From Limisphaerales bacterium (lineage in GTDB: Bacteria > Verrucomicrobiota > Verrucomicrobiia > Limisphaerales > JAJOIW01), in the NCBI GenBank assembly GCA_965657355.1, contig CBFHOE010000001.1:213128-226447 (forward strand): a stretch of DNA of 13,320 bases, written 5' to 3'. Position 1 is the stretch's first letter. The number at the start of each line of letters is the position of its first letter. Below, one piece after another: positions 1-8,740 of the stretch. The position numbers and the translations under genes were made by a program. The notes beneath the pieces were generated by a model that saw only the letters and a list, made by a program, of their open reading frames with translations, had not been told where the DNA came from and searched no databases.

Positions 1-71
1 AACATGCCTGTCCCAACCATGAGATGAATGCTCAAGATTATCACCGTTATTTTTAGGAAGTTTTTTTTCAT
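1..71 (-). CDS. 5' end of a probable secreted/membrane protein, truncated at the window edge
   Basis: Read by hand and not in the ORF track. ATG at 71..69 opens a frame that runs off the window: MKKNFLKITVIILSIHLMVGTGM. A basic N-terminus followed by a hydrophobic stretch resembles a Sec signal peptide. It is divergent from the gene at 224. Confidence 0.55.
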   Translation of the reverse strand, partial: MKKNFLKITVIILSIHLMVGTGM

Positions 72-223
72 ATTGTCGAGTAACTACCAGTGTTGCGGAA
101 CTAAAGAGTCACTTTTATTCTTACCCCAAAATATATGAAAGATCAAACCTGTACCAGGGTATTACTTGACATAGATGGTTTATAGGAAACGTCCAAATAC
201 TGGTTTATTCCGGAAAAACCCAA

Positions 224-721
224 ATGTTAGATATGAAATTTTTGCATGATGGAATAGGCGCTTTTCTGCGTTTGGCAACCGTAACTGCCTTTATTTTTGT
301 GGGTCACTTGCTACTCTCAGGCACGGCTTTATCGGCAACATATGGCCAGCAGGTAGTTGCCGGTGTTCTCATGGGAGAAGCCGAAGGAGAAGGGATCAAA
401 GGTATGTATGCTGTTGCTGAAGTTATTAAAAAAAGGTGCGAATTAAAACAACTTAGCCCATTAGCTATCGTGAAAGAGCCAAAGCAGTTTAGTTGTCTCA
501 ACAATATAACGCCTCCCCAACTGATTCGTAAACATTGGCGAAAAAAGTCATGGAGCCAGGCTCTTTTTATTGCCCGAATCCTTTATAATCACCCTCAAAA
601 GTTGACAAATTATACCAAAGGCGCAACTCACTATGCGACTTTCATACCCTATTGGGCAAAAAATAAGAAACCTACGATAATCATTGGCAGACATATCTTT
701 TGGGATTTAAAGCGCATTTGA
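224..721 (+). CDS. Cell wall hydrolase, SleB/CwlJ-like (Hydrolase_2) lytic transglycosylase
   Basis: Family motifs LMGEAEGEGIKGMYAVAEVIKKR (catalytic Glu in the EAxGE motif), IVKEPKQFSCLN, TKGATHY and PYWAK...IGRHIF. There is an N-terminal hydrophobic signal/TM segment. The start may instead be the ATG at 233. Confidence 0.85.
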   Translation: MLDMKFLHDGIGAFLRLATVTAFIFVGHLLLSGTALSATYGQQVVAGVLMGEAEGEGIKGMYAVAEVIKKRCELKQLSPLAIVKEPKQFSCLNNITPPQLIRKHWRKKSWSQALFIARILYNHPQKLTNYTKGATHYATFIPYWAKNKKPTIIIGRHIFWDLKRI

Positions 722-806
722 GAATCAAGCTCGTTATTTTTATAGTGTAATGTTCACGTTTTATTTGTTTCCATAGACCTCCTTATTTAAGTTTGAGGTT
801 TGCATC

Positions 807-2042
807 ATGGACTCTGAAAAAAAATCGATGGCTAATGTTGAATTACAAAAGGCAACGGAGAATGGATCTGATATATTGCATGAGCTTGAAATTAAAGATG
901 CGCAGATCATTTTTTCAGCTGTCTGGGAAGAGCTCGAGGAGGAGTACGGTCGGGATAATCTGAAATTTGCAAAAGAGCTCATTTTGCTTGGAGGGGCCCC
1001 GGGGGCAGGCAAAGGGACACAAACTCGATTTATTCTCAAAACACGGGGGCTGACGTGCCCTCCAATCGTTGTGAGCTCTTTGTTGACAAGCCCTGAGGCA
1101 CAGGCCATCAAAGATATTGGAGGAATTGTTGGCGACAGGGAAGTTCTTCGCATCGTTTTTAAAAAACTGCTCGAGCCAGAATTCAGGGATGGGGCGGTTT
1201 TGGATGGATTTCCGCGAACGCACGTTCAGGTAGAGTGTTTTAAGCTGCTCATCCAGAAAATGAAGGAATTGAGAAGGATATATTGGGATACACCTCTCAA
1301 GGGGAAATTCCGAAATCCTACGGTTCATATCATGGTTCTGTTTGTCGGTGAAAAAACGAGTATCGAGCGGCAAATCAAAAGAGGCCTCCAGGTAATTGAG
1401 CATAATAGAGAAGTTGAGGAAACGGGGATTGGTAATTTTTACGAATTAAGGTCCACTGATTTAGACCCACATAAGGCAAAAAGACGCTACCAAGTATTCA
1501 AGGAGCAAACTTGGGATGCTTTACAATCTCTACAACAGACCTTTCATTACCATTTCATTAATGCTGAAGGTGCTGTTTCTGAGGTCGAACAGAATATTCT
1601 CAATGAATTGAGTTATCAAAGTACTCTTGAGCTCGATCCCTCAACCTATGACAATCTGAAAGATATCCCTCTAGCGCAGGATATTGTCGTCCATGCAAGG
1701 CAGGATTTAGTCAGACGCCTCGATGTTTATGAAACTGAATCTTCAGAACTTTTTCACAAGGTCATAGGTTATATTCAAAATAAAATAATGCCCATTGTCA
1801 TGAGGCATTCGTTTTCAGGACATGCTTGTATTAATACAGAGGACGAGCTATTTCACGACCCAACCTCACTTGCCATGCTGATCGATGTATTCTCTGAACG
1901 TGGCTACCATGCAGTGGTCGATATTCACAGGATTGAAGTACCGCAACATTACGATACTCAGACTGGTGAAATTACATGCAGAGAGAAGAAGGTTTATAGA
2001 ATCCATATTTATTTTCAAGGCAGTGAAATCCGTCGGGGATAA
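807..2042 (+). CDS. Extended adenylate/nucleoside-monophosphate kinase family protein (411 aa)
   Basis: P-loop LLGGAPGAGKGT, the AK signature VLDGFPRTxxQ, and LRSTD...RRYQVFKEQT, which resembles the post-LID RxDD...RLxxY segment. It carries N- and C-terminal extensions beyond a typical ~200-aa AK. Confidence 0.8.
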   Translation: MDSEKKSMANVELQKATENGSDILHELEIKDAQIIFSAVWEELEEEYGRDNLKFAKELILLGGAPGAGKGTQTRFILKTRGLTCPPIVVSSLLTSPEAQAIKDIGGIVGDREVLRIVFKKLLEPEFRDGAVLDGFPRTHVQVECFKLLIQKMKELRRIYWDTPLKGKFRNPTVHIMVLFVGEKTSIERQIKRGLQVIEHNREVEETGIGNFYELRSTDLDPHKAKRRYQVFKEQTWDALQSLQQTFHYHFINAEGAVSEVEQNILNELSYQSTLELDPSTYDNLKDIPLAQDIVVHARQDLVRRLDVYETESSELFHKVIGYIQNKIMPIVMRHSFSGHACINTEDELFHDPTSLAMLIDVFSERGYHAVVDIHRIEVPQHYDTQTGEITCREKKVYRIHIYFQGSEIRRG

Positions 2043-2049
2043 ATTTCGA

Positions 2050-2808
2050 TTACGCTATATCCTCACGCATTATATTTTTAAAGTGTGTCGTCATCACGAG
2101 AGCGGCGACTTCACTTCTAAATACATTCTCGCCTATGCAAACCAATTTGGAATCGATTTTCTCTAATTGTGAATATTCTTCGGTTGTAAAATCCCCTTCA
2201 GGTCCGATCCATAAAAAAATTGGCGATTTGGACTCTAATTTTTTTGGTAATTTCGAACGACCATTCGCGTGAAGGCTGGCTACATAATTCTGAGCCTTAA
2301 GAGCCTTAAGGTTTTGATTGTCCAGAAACTCACTCAAAGTCATTGGGTTTTGAATACTTGGAGTCCAAGGATTTCCTGATTGCTTGCAGGCCTCAATCGC
2401 CACCTTTTCCCACTTATCTCTTTTCCTACTCATCTCCGTCATTTCATTAGGCTTTTTATATTCACAATGCCTAGTGATAACCGGACAAATAGCACCCACG
2501 CCCGCTTGAGTGCACATTTGTATCGCAGCTTCCATGGATTTATTTTTTAAAACAGCTTGAACAAGGTGTAGGGAAGGGAACTGAGCTTTTCTAAACTCAG
2601 CTGATTTTATGATACCTCTTACTACTTTATGCGCAGATTCCTGCACCGTTCCCTCACCATACCAGCCTCGGCCATTCATCCATACGATGCTGTCACCAGG
2701 TTTTACACGAATGACTTTAGCTGCATGTATCGCATCATATTCATTCAATTGAAAGACATCTCCCGGGTGATAGTGATCCCTCATATCATTAATAAAAAAC
2801 CTGTTCAT
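2050..2808 (-). CDS. rsmE: 16S rRNA (uracil1498-N3)-methyltransferase RsmE
   Basis: HAAKVIRVKPGD, EACKQSG, WIGPEGDFT and GENVFRSEVAA match RsmE SPOUT motifs. It lies downstream of dnaJ as is common. The ATG at 2808 (MNRFFI) is preferred over the TTG at 2832. Confidence 0.92.
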   Translation of the reverse strand: MNRFFINDMRDHYHPGDVFQLNEYDAIHAAKVIRVKPGDSIVWMNGRGWYGEGTVQESAHKVVRGIIKSAEFRKAQFPSLHLVQAVLKNKSMEAAIQMCTQAGVGAICPVITRHCEYKKPNEMTEMSRKRDKWEKVAIEACKQSGNPWTPSIQNPMTLSEFLDNQNLKALKAQNYVASLHANGRSKLPKKLESKSPIFLWIGPEGDFTTEEYSQLEKIDSKLVCIGENVFRSEVAALVMTTHFKNIMREDIA

Positions 2809-2857
2809 GATAACCCAGGGGCAGTCTCTCAATCGCTTAATTAGCAGTCATTATAAT

Positions 2858-4012
2858 TTATTTGAAGAAATCTTTCGCCCTTTCGAGAAAGTTTTTTGCA
2901 ATCGGATTTACGTCTTCTCCGCATAATTCGGCAAATTCCTGCAATTTCTCTTTCTGTTTTTGATTTAAACGGGTGGGAACTTCTACGCTGACCCGAATAA
3001 GTAAATCACCAACGCCATGACCCTTAATAGATTTGATACCACGACCGCGGAGTCTAAATGTAGTTCCAGACTGCGTTCCGGATGGGATTTTAATGTTTGC
3101 TTTTCCTTGTAATGTCGGAACTTCGACTTCGCCGCCAAGAGTCGCAACAACGAAATTTATGGGGACTTCACAGATAATATTGTCACCCTCTCTATCAAAA
3201 ATATTGTGCTCTTTGACATGAAGAACGACATAAAGATCACCGCTAGGGCCACCTCGAAGACCGCTTTCGCCATTACCAGTTGAACGAAGACGCGTTCCTG
3301 TGTCGACTCCTGGAGGTATTCGCAGGTTGATGGTTGATTTTTTTTCTTCTCGGCCCGAACCACGGCAGATTTTACAGGGTTTCTCAATAATTTTTCCCGT
3401 ACCTTGACAAGTTGGGCAGGTTTGCTGAATTGAGAAAATCCCCCTGGAGGCAATGACCTGTCCATTACCACCGCATGTCTGGCACGTTTTCTTTCCTGAA
3501 CCATCTGCTGCTCCTGAACCATTGCAAGAAGAGCACTGGTCTGCTTTGGAAATAGAAATTTCTTTTGTTGCACCCAATGCGGCTTCTTCAAAAGTAATTT
3601 CTAAATCATATCTTAAGTCCGAGCCTCTCTCTGGACCATTTGGATTGGATCTGCCTCCTCCTCCGAAAAATTCTTCAAAGATACTACCTCCGGCACCGCC
3701 GCCACCGCCGCCGCCGTTGAAGACTTCTCGGAAAATATCGAATGGGTCATGGAACCCGCCACCTCCACCGCCTGCGGAAGATCGACCATTGAACGCAGCG
3801 TGACCATATTGGTCATAAGCAGCTTTTTTCTGTGCGTCACTGAGGACTTCATAAGCTTCACTGGCCTCTTTAAATTTATCTTCTGCTTCTTTGTTGCCAG
3901 GGTTTTTATCCGGGTGGTACTTCACCGCCATTTTCCGATAAGCTTTTTTAATCTCATCGGGTGTAGCGGATTTATTGGTTCCCAAAATTTCGTAGTAATC
4001 TCTTTTGGCCAT
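2858..4012 (-). CDS. dnaJ: Chaperone protein DnaJ (class A)
   Basis: J-domain with HPD, a G/F-rich linker, four CxxCxGxG zinc-finger repeats ([32 protein letters not shown]) and a C-terminal peptide-binding domain. Confidence 0.98.
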   Translation of the reverse strand: MAKRDYYEILGTNKSATPDEIKKAYRKMAVKYHPDKNPGNKEAEDKFKEASEAYEVLSDAQKKAAYDQYGHAAFNGRSSAGGGGGGFHDPFDIFREVFNGGGGGGGAGGSIFEEFFGGGGRSNPNGPERGSDLRYDLEITFEEAALGATKEISISKADQCSSCNGSGAADGSGKKTCQTCGGNGQVIASRGIFSIQQTCPTCQGTGKIIEKPCKICRGSGREEKKSTINLRIPPGVDTGTRLRSTGNGESGLRGGPSGDLYVVLHVKEHNIFDREGDNIICEVPINFVVATLGGEVEVPTLQGKANIKIPSGTQSGTTFRLRGRGIKSIKGHGVGDLLIRVSVEVPTRLNQKQKEKLQEFAELCGEDVNPIAKNFLERAKDFFK

Positions 4013-4074
4013 CTGTGGTGTAACCTAAAATTGTTTTATTTAATTGAAGACGGAGGTTTCGATTGAATTCAAAT

Positions 4075-4752
4075 CTAGTCCTCAGGATTTATTTTTGATT
4101 GTTCTGGCTCTCCGTTAGCTTTTTTCGCGACGTAAACTGAAGCAGGTCGTATGAGTCTGTCCCTCAGCTTGTAACCTTTCCTAAGCTGTTTTAAGACGTG
4201 ACCTTCTGCAACGTCCTCAGATTCTTCTTCACCTAATGCATCGTGGAGTGCTGGGTCAAAAACTTGTCCGGTAGCATCGACCTCCTGAAGGCCATTGTCG
4301 CTCAGCAGGTTTTTCATCTGTCCCAGAATCATCTCAACCCCTGTTTTCATGGCATCTAGATTCATTTCACTGGATTGAGACGCAGCGGCAAGAGCTGCCT
4401 CGAAATTATCTAATACGGGAAGTAAATCTGAAATTAGGCCTTCATTTGCCCTTTTTCTGCTTTCGTCTTGATCTCTGGCGCTGCGTTTCCTGAAATTGTC
4501 TAGCTCGGCTTTTTCGCGCAAGTATCTTTCCCAATTCGCTTGAGCTTTGTCAGCAGTTTCTTGAAGTTTTTTCAATTCAAGGTTGCTGATTTCGATTATT
4601 TTTTCCTCTTCCTCATCCGCCGAATCAAGTCTTACCTCGCCTTCGGTTTCGACGTTTTCGGCATCTTTAGCATCGGAATTTAACTCGTTTTCCGTGTCAG
4701 CTGCTTCGTTTTCTTCTATATTTACTTCGCTTTTTGACTCGTCTTCTTTCAT
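4075..4752 (-). CDS. grpE: Nucleotide exchange factor GrpE
   Basis: Acidic disordered N-terminus, then AELDNFRKR, LLPVLDNFE, GQVFDPALHDAL and KGYKLRDRLIRPASVYVAK. Confidence 0.96.
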   Translation of the reverse strand: MKEDESKSEVNIEENEAADTENELNSDAKDAENVETEGEVRLDSADEEEEKIIEISNLELKKLQETADKAQANWERYLREKAELDNFRKRSARDQDESRKRANEGLISDLLPVLDNFEAALAAASQSSEMNLDAMKTGVEMILGQMKNLLSDNGLQEVDATGQVFDPALHDALGEEESEDVAEGHVLKQLRKGYKLRDRLIRPASVYVAKKANGEPEQSKINPED

Positions 4753-4805
4753 CTATGGTGATCTGTAACTCTCGATAAATTTCACCCACAGGGGTTTCCG
4801 GTTAC

Positions 4806-4833
4806 AATATAACAGATTCTCATCAATGCCCAA
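4806..4833 (-). promoter_or_regulatory. Candidate sigma70-type promoter for grpE-dnaJ-rsmE
   Basis: The minus strand reads TTGGGC-N16-TATATT with the extended -10 TG (TGtTATATT), about 55 nt upstream of the grpE ATG. Pattern match only. Confidence 0.3.
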
Positions 4834-4860
4834 GCTACCTTTTGACCAAAATGCGGTGTA

Positions 4861-4888
4861 TTGCCTAAATCTGTTGGAAATTTATGAT
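4861..4888 (+). promoter_or_regulatory. Candidate sigma70-type promoter for the DUF1501 gene
   Basis: TTGCCT-N16-TATGAT ending 22 nt before the ATG at 4911. Pattern match only. Confidence 0.3.
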
Positions 4889-4910
4889 AAATTGAAAGAT
4901 AATTGAAAAT

Positions 4911-6344
4911 ATGAATCAGCATCTACCTACTACCCATGGTAAATTTTTGACAAGGAGAGAGTTTCTTGCCAGGTCTGGAATGGGATTTGGGATGCTGGGT
5001 TTATCCTCCATCAGGGGGTTGGGTGCTCGCCAAGTTAGCCAAAACCCACTCACCCCCAAAGACTCACACTTCGCTCCCAAGGCCAAACATGTTATCCACA
5101 TATTTGCCAATGGCGGCATATCGCATGTTGATACATTTGATCCAAAACCATCATTACGAAAATATGCGGGCAAAGCGCTGCCGATGGAAAACTTGAGAAC
5201 AGAGAGGAAAACAGGTGCAGCCTTCGCCAGTCCATACAGTTTTCAGAAATACGGGCAAAGCGGAATTGAGGTTTCAGAAATATTTCCACACACAGCCCAA
5301 TGCGTCGACGATATGGCTATCATAAGGAGTATGCATGCTGATGTGCCCAATCATGAGCCATCTTTGATGCTCATGAACTGCGGGGATGCAAGACTAATTC
5401 GTCCTTGTTTGGGATCCTGGCTAAGCTATGGGTTGGGGACTGAAAACCAGAATCTCCCAGCATTTATAGCGATGTGTCCCAACGGATATCCTATTCAGGA
5501 GTCGCAGAATTGGCAGGCGGGTTTTCTGCCCTCCATCTATCAGGGAACCTATGTCGATACAAAACACTCTGAAGTTGAGAAATTAATCGAAAACATCCGG
5601 AATAAGTCCCTATCGCTCGCACAACAGAGAAAGCAAATCGATCTCCTCCAGAAACTCAACAGAGATCATATGCTCAAGAGAGAAAAAGATAAGAGCCTCG
5701 AGGCAAGAATTTCATCATTTGAGCTCGCTTATCGAATGCAGATGGAGGCCAGTGATGCCTTCGATATTTCCAAAGAACCTAAACACATTCGGGAAATGTA
5801 TGGCAACGGCACTCAGGCGAGACAGATTCTTATTGCGCGTCGATTAGTAGAGCGGGGTGTCAGGATGGTTCAGGTCTGGCATGGGCAAGGTCAGCCTTGG
5901 GACAATCACGATGATATTGAGAAAAGACACCGTCAACTCGCTCGCCAGTGTGATCAGGCTATAGCTGCGCTGATAAAAGATTTGAAGCAACGTGGTCTTC
6001 TCGATGAAACCCTCATCGTTTTTGGTGGTGAATTTGGAAGAACCCCTACAGTTGAACTACCGACTCCTGGGGCCAACGCTGGAAAGATTAATGGGCGTGA
6101 CCATAACCATCACGGTTTTACTATGTGGATGGCTGGTGGCGGAGTAAAGGGTGGTGTTGTCCATGGAGCAACCGATGAATTTGGATTTAAGGCGGCCGAA
6201 AATCCAGTCCATGTTCATGATCTGCATGCAACGATCCTTCATTTGCTAGGCTTTGATCACGAAAAATTAACCTTTAGACATGCGGGTAGAGATTTTCGAT
6301 TGACTGATGTTCATGGTAAGGTCGTCCAAAACATTATTTCATAA
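4911..6344 (+). CDS. DUF1501 domain-containing protein (sulfatase/alkaline-phosphatase-like fold, Tat exported)
   Basis: Tat motif TRREFL followed by a hydrophobic stretch. Typical PVC-type DUF1501 motifs: AKHVIHIFANGGISHVDTFDPKP, ARRLVERGVRMVQ, WDNH, GGEFGRTP, GRDHN, GATDEFG, VHVHDLHATILHLLG and RLTDVHG. Confidence 0.92.
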   Translation: MNQHLPTTHGKFLTRREFLARSGMGFGMLGLSSIRGLGARQVSQNPLTPKDSHFAPKAKHVIHIFANGGISHVDTFDPKPSLRKYAGKALPMENLRTERKTGAAFASPYSFQKYGQSGIEVSEIFPHTAQCVDDMAIIRSMHADVPNHEPSLMLMNCGDARLIRPCLGSWLSYGLGTENQNLPAFIAMCPNGYPIQESQNWQAGFLPSIYQGTYVDTKHSEVEKLIENIRNKSLSLAQQRKQIDLLQKLNRDHMLKREKDKSLEARISSFELAYRMQMEASDAFDISKEPKHIREMYGNGTQARQILIARRLVERGVRMVQVWHGQGQPWDNHDDIEKRHRQLARQCDQAIAALIKDLKQRGLLDETLIVFGGEFGRTPTVELPTPGANAGKINGRDHNHHGFTMWMAGGGVKGGVVHGATDEFGFKAAENPVHVHDLHATILHLLGFDHEKLTFRHAGRDFRLTDVHGKVVQNIIS

Positions 6345-6425
6345 TCAGATTTTTAATCATTGCGTTTTTTTCAGTAGGTAGGAATTCACTTGCTTTTGTG
6401 AATGTTTTCTCAAAGCATTTTGAAT

Positions 6426-6806
6426 ATGGTAAAGTTTCTTCACACGCGCATACGAGTTAGTAACCTGGATCAATCAATTGAATTCTACACCAAATTGGGA
6501 TTCGAATGCACACGCCGTAACGATAAATCGCCTGCAGGTAACCAACTGGCATTCATGGAACTTGAAGGAAATGCTCATTTTCTCGAACTGTGTTACTCAC
6601 CTGATTTCAAAGTCGAGTTTCCTGAAGATCTCATGCACACGGCAGTTGGGGTGGACGACATTATGGCCTATTGTGGTGATTTAGTGAAAAAGGAAATTGA
6701 AATATGGCCAAGCGATTGGAGAGAATCCTTCCAATCCGGCGCCAAATCCAAAATGGCCTTTGTCACCGATCCAGATGGATATGAGGTTGAAATATTAGAA
6801 AGGTAA
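6426..6806 (+). CDS. gloA: VOC-family protein, probable lactoylglutathione lyase (glyoxalase I)
   Basis: FLHTRIRVSNLDQSIEFY, LELCY, MHTAVGVDDI and AFVTDPDGYEVEILE give the H/E/H/E metal-ligand set of the E. coli-type (Ni/Co) glyoxalase I. The ATG at 6426 fits the family N-terminus better than the one at 6402. Confidence 0.75.
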   Translation: MVKFLHTRIRVSNLDQSIEFYTKLGFECTRRNDKSPAGNQLAFMELEGNAHFLELCYSPDFKVEFPEDLMHTAVGVDDIMAYCGDLVKKEIEIWPSDWRESFQSGAKSKMAFVTDPDGYEVEILER

Positions 6807-6849
6807 TTGATGGTCCTAACCATCCCAAATCAATTGACCAGTCGCTGAA

Positions 6850-7674
6850 ATGAAAATCATTTTAAACAAGTCCAAATTTATACTCTTCTTTCTCGTTTTT
6901 TTAGTCGCGAGTAGTCTCAGCGGAGGTGAATTTTTGTTTCAGTCGTCTGACGATTGGCACGGTTATAAAAGGCATGTATACAAAAACAAGGACGAGGATT
7001 ATACCGCATTTGTAGTGAGGCCAAAAAAAGGTGCCAAAGGTTACCCCTGGATCTGGCGGGCCCGTTTTTTTGGTCATGAGCCACAACTAGACCTCTCACT
7101 TTTAGACATGGGATATCATCTTGCCTATTGTGACGTTAGCCAACTGTTTGGATCTCCTAAAGCAGTCCAAAGGTGGGATTTATTCTACGCCTGGGCCCGC
7201 GAGGAATACGCTCTAGCACAAAAAGTTATCCTTGAAGGAATGAGTCGTGGGGGACTTGTTGTTTACAATTGGGCCGTAGCCAACCCGGACAAAGTCTCGC
7301 TTATCTATGCTGACAATCCAGTGATTGATATCAGAAGCTGGCCCGGTGGAAAAGGAATAGGAAAGGGTTCGCCTAATGACTGGAGTAAGTGCTTAAAAGT
7401 ATATGGGGTCGATGAAAAAAAATTAAATGCGGATTCATTTCTGCCAACAAGCAGGCTTAAGAAACTTGCTCAGCAAAAAGTCCCGCTTCTGCATATCGTT
7501 GGATTGTCTGATAAAGTCGTTCCAGTCGAGGAGAATACATCCTTGATCGAAGAAAAATACAAACAACTCCAAGGGCCAATAAAGATAATAAAGAAACCAG
7601 GTGTTGGGCACCACCCACATTCACTAAAAGATGTGACTCCCATCTTGGATTACATAATCAATTCTAGTTTGTAG
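6850..7674 (+). CDS. Secreted alpha/beta-fold hydrolase (esterase-like)
   Basis: Signal peptide, nucleophile elbow EGMSRGG, candidate Asp in SDKVVP and candidate His in GHHPHSL. It also has PWIWRARFFGHEPQ and YADNPVIDIRSWPGG, motifs I associate with PVC/Bacteroidota esterases. Confidence 0.85.
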   Translation: MKIILNKSKFILFFLVFLVASSLSGGEFLFQSSDDWHGYKRHVYKNKDEDYTAFVVRPKKGAKGYPWIWRARFFGHEPQLDLSLLDMGYHLAYCDVSQLFGSPKAVQRWDLFYAWAREEYALAQKVILEGMSRGGLVVYNWAVANPDKVSLIYADNPVIDIRSWPGGKGIGKGSPNDWSKCLKVYGVDEKKLNADSFLPTSRLKKLAQQKVPLLHIVGLSDKVVPVEENTSLIEEKYKQLQGPIKIIKKPGVGHHPHSLKDVTPILDYIINSSL

Positions 7675-7694
7675 AAATAGAGACTTTAAAGCCT

Positions 7695-8651
7695 TTACCT
7701 TCTTTCAATCTTTATTTTAGGTTCGACTGGTGGCATTCGAGTCGCAAAATAAAGACTCAATAATAAAATTACAGCTCCGGTCATTTGAATGAGATCCATC
7801 GATTCATTGGCTAAAAACCAACCGAGAAAAATCACTATCACTGGTTGCAATAGGAGGCTTATTGATGCAAGGCTCGCTGGTAAATGCCCAAACGCAAAAA
7901 CGATTAAACCCTGGCCTCCAATATGGGATATTAACGATAGTCCCAAGAGAGCCCAAGCTGTCTTGGAAGTGGTTATTGCAAACTGCTCGCCTTGAATCAA
8001 AGCAGCGGTAAGCAATATGATAAAAGCACTAATTCCCGAGTAGGATAAAATAATAACAGGACCAATTCTATGGTTTCTAAGATGCTTGACACAGAGTTGA
8101 TAAGCGCCATAAAAAAAGGCAGTCGTCAAGGCGCAGACGTCTCCTATGAGCGCCAGCCCTCCTTTTGAAATATTTGCTTTGACTAGCATGCTCATTCCTA
8201 TTGCAGCACTTATCAAAATGATTCCATACATTGGGTGGATTTTCTCTTTGAAGAAAAATCGAGCACCTAGGACGACGAATAAAGGAGCCGCGTTAGCAAT
8301 TAATGTCGAGTTTGCCAAAGTCGTCAAATGAATTGACTTGTGCCAAAAGCCCATATCCAACGCAAACATTGCCCCCGCCAAACAAAACCATGGCCACAAA
8401 CTTTTTGATGGTAAATTTTCCTTCCTGTGAGAAGTCTGGGTTCCACACTGCTGAAATAAAATAATCCCCCAGAGAATTGGTTGAGCAAAAAATATCCTGT
8501 AAAACGCAGTTGCTGTCGGTCCGGTTTCGCTTAAACGGACAAAAACGGGTGCCAGGGCAATAGCAGTCGCCCCCCCAACTAGGGCTAATAAACCAATCAA
8601 ACTTGGTTTATTAACTTCATTATGATGGGGCTCTCCTTCTCGTTGCGACAT
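7695..8651 (-). CDS. DMT superfamily (EamA-type) transporter
   Basis: About 10 hydrophobic segments arranged as two EamA repeats, with AFYRIFFA, ANSTLIANAAPLFV, FFKEK, GDVCAL and LLLQPVIVIFLGWFLANE. Confidence 0.9.
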   Translation of the reverse strand: MSQREGEPHHNEVNKPSLIGLLALVGGATAIALAPVFVRLSETGPTATAFYRIFFAQPILWGIILFQQCGTQTSHRKENLPSKSLWPWFCLAGAMFALDMGFWHKSIHLTTLANSTLIANAAPLFVVLGARFFFKEKIHPMYGIILISAAIGMSMLVKANISKGGLALIGDVCALTTAFFYGAYQLCVKHLRNHRIGPVIILSYSGISAFIILLTAALIQGEQFAITTSKTAWALLGLSLISHIGGQGLIVFAFGHLPASLASISLLLQPVIVIFLGWFLANESMDLIQMTGAVILLLSLYFATRMPPVEPKIKIERR

Positions 8652-8740
8652 TAAGGGGATTTTATGATTTATAAGCCAAATTGCTTAAATATCGAAATAT
8701 GCATCTTGGCATAATCTATTTCTTATTCAAGACTCACTAA

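Noticed and set aside
166..200. Perfect TTGACA upstream of the hydrolase gene
   Set aside because: There is no acceptable -10 hexamer at 16-18 bp spacing, so it was not called as a promoter.
719..745. UGA readthrough of the cell wall hydrolase
   Set aside because: The stop falls at the natural family C-terminus (IGRHIFW), a TAG follows within a few codons, and no hairpin is present.
2292..2310. 9-bp tandem duplication GAGCCTTAA x2
   Set aside because: It is in frame within a variable loop of RsmE (LKALKA). There is no sign of an insertion scar or phase variation.
3650..3775. GC-rich CCG/CCA triplet runs
   Set aside because: They encode the poly-Gly stretches of the normal DnaJ G/F linker and are not a repeat element.
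4040..4085. Possible tRNA-Sec (selC) fragment: TTCAAATC next to GGTTTCGATT
   Set aside because: The elements are in the wrong order for a tRNA, there is no acceptor or D stem, and the 62-bp spacer is too short. It is just a short palindrome (GATTGAATTCAAATC). selC is not in this window.
4761..4817. RNA thermometer in the grpE leader (TGTAAC...GTTACA inverted repeat)
   Set aside because: One arm overlaps the candidate -10 and would probably not be transcribed. No clear SD is sequestered and the pairing is short.
6375..6425. In-frame TGA directly before the ATG at 6402 as a possible Sec codon of the VOC protein
   Set aside because: An upstream in-frame TAG at 6375 leaves only a few codons, and family homology begins at 6426.
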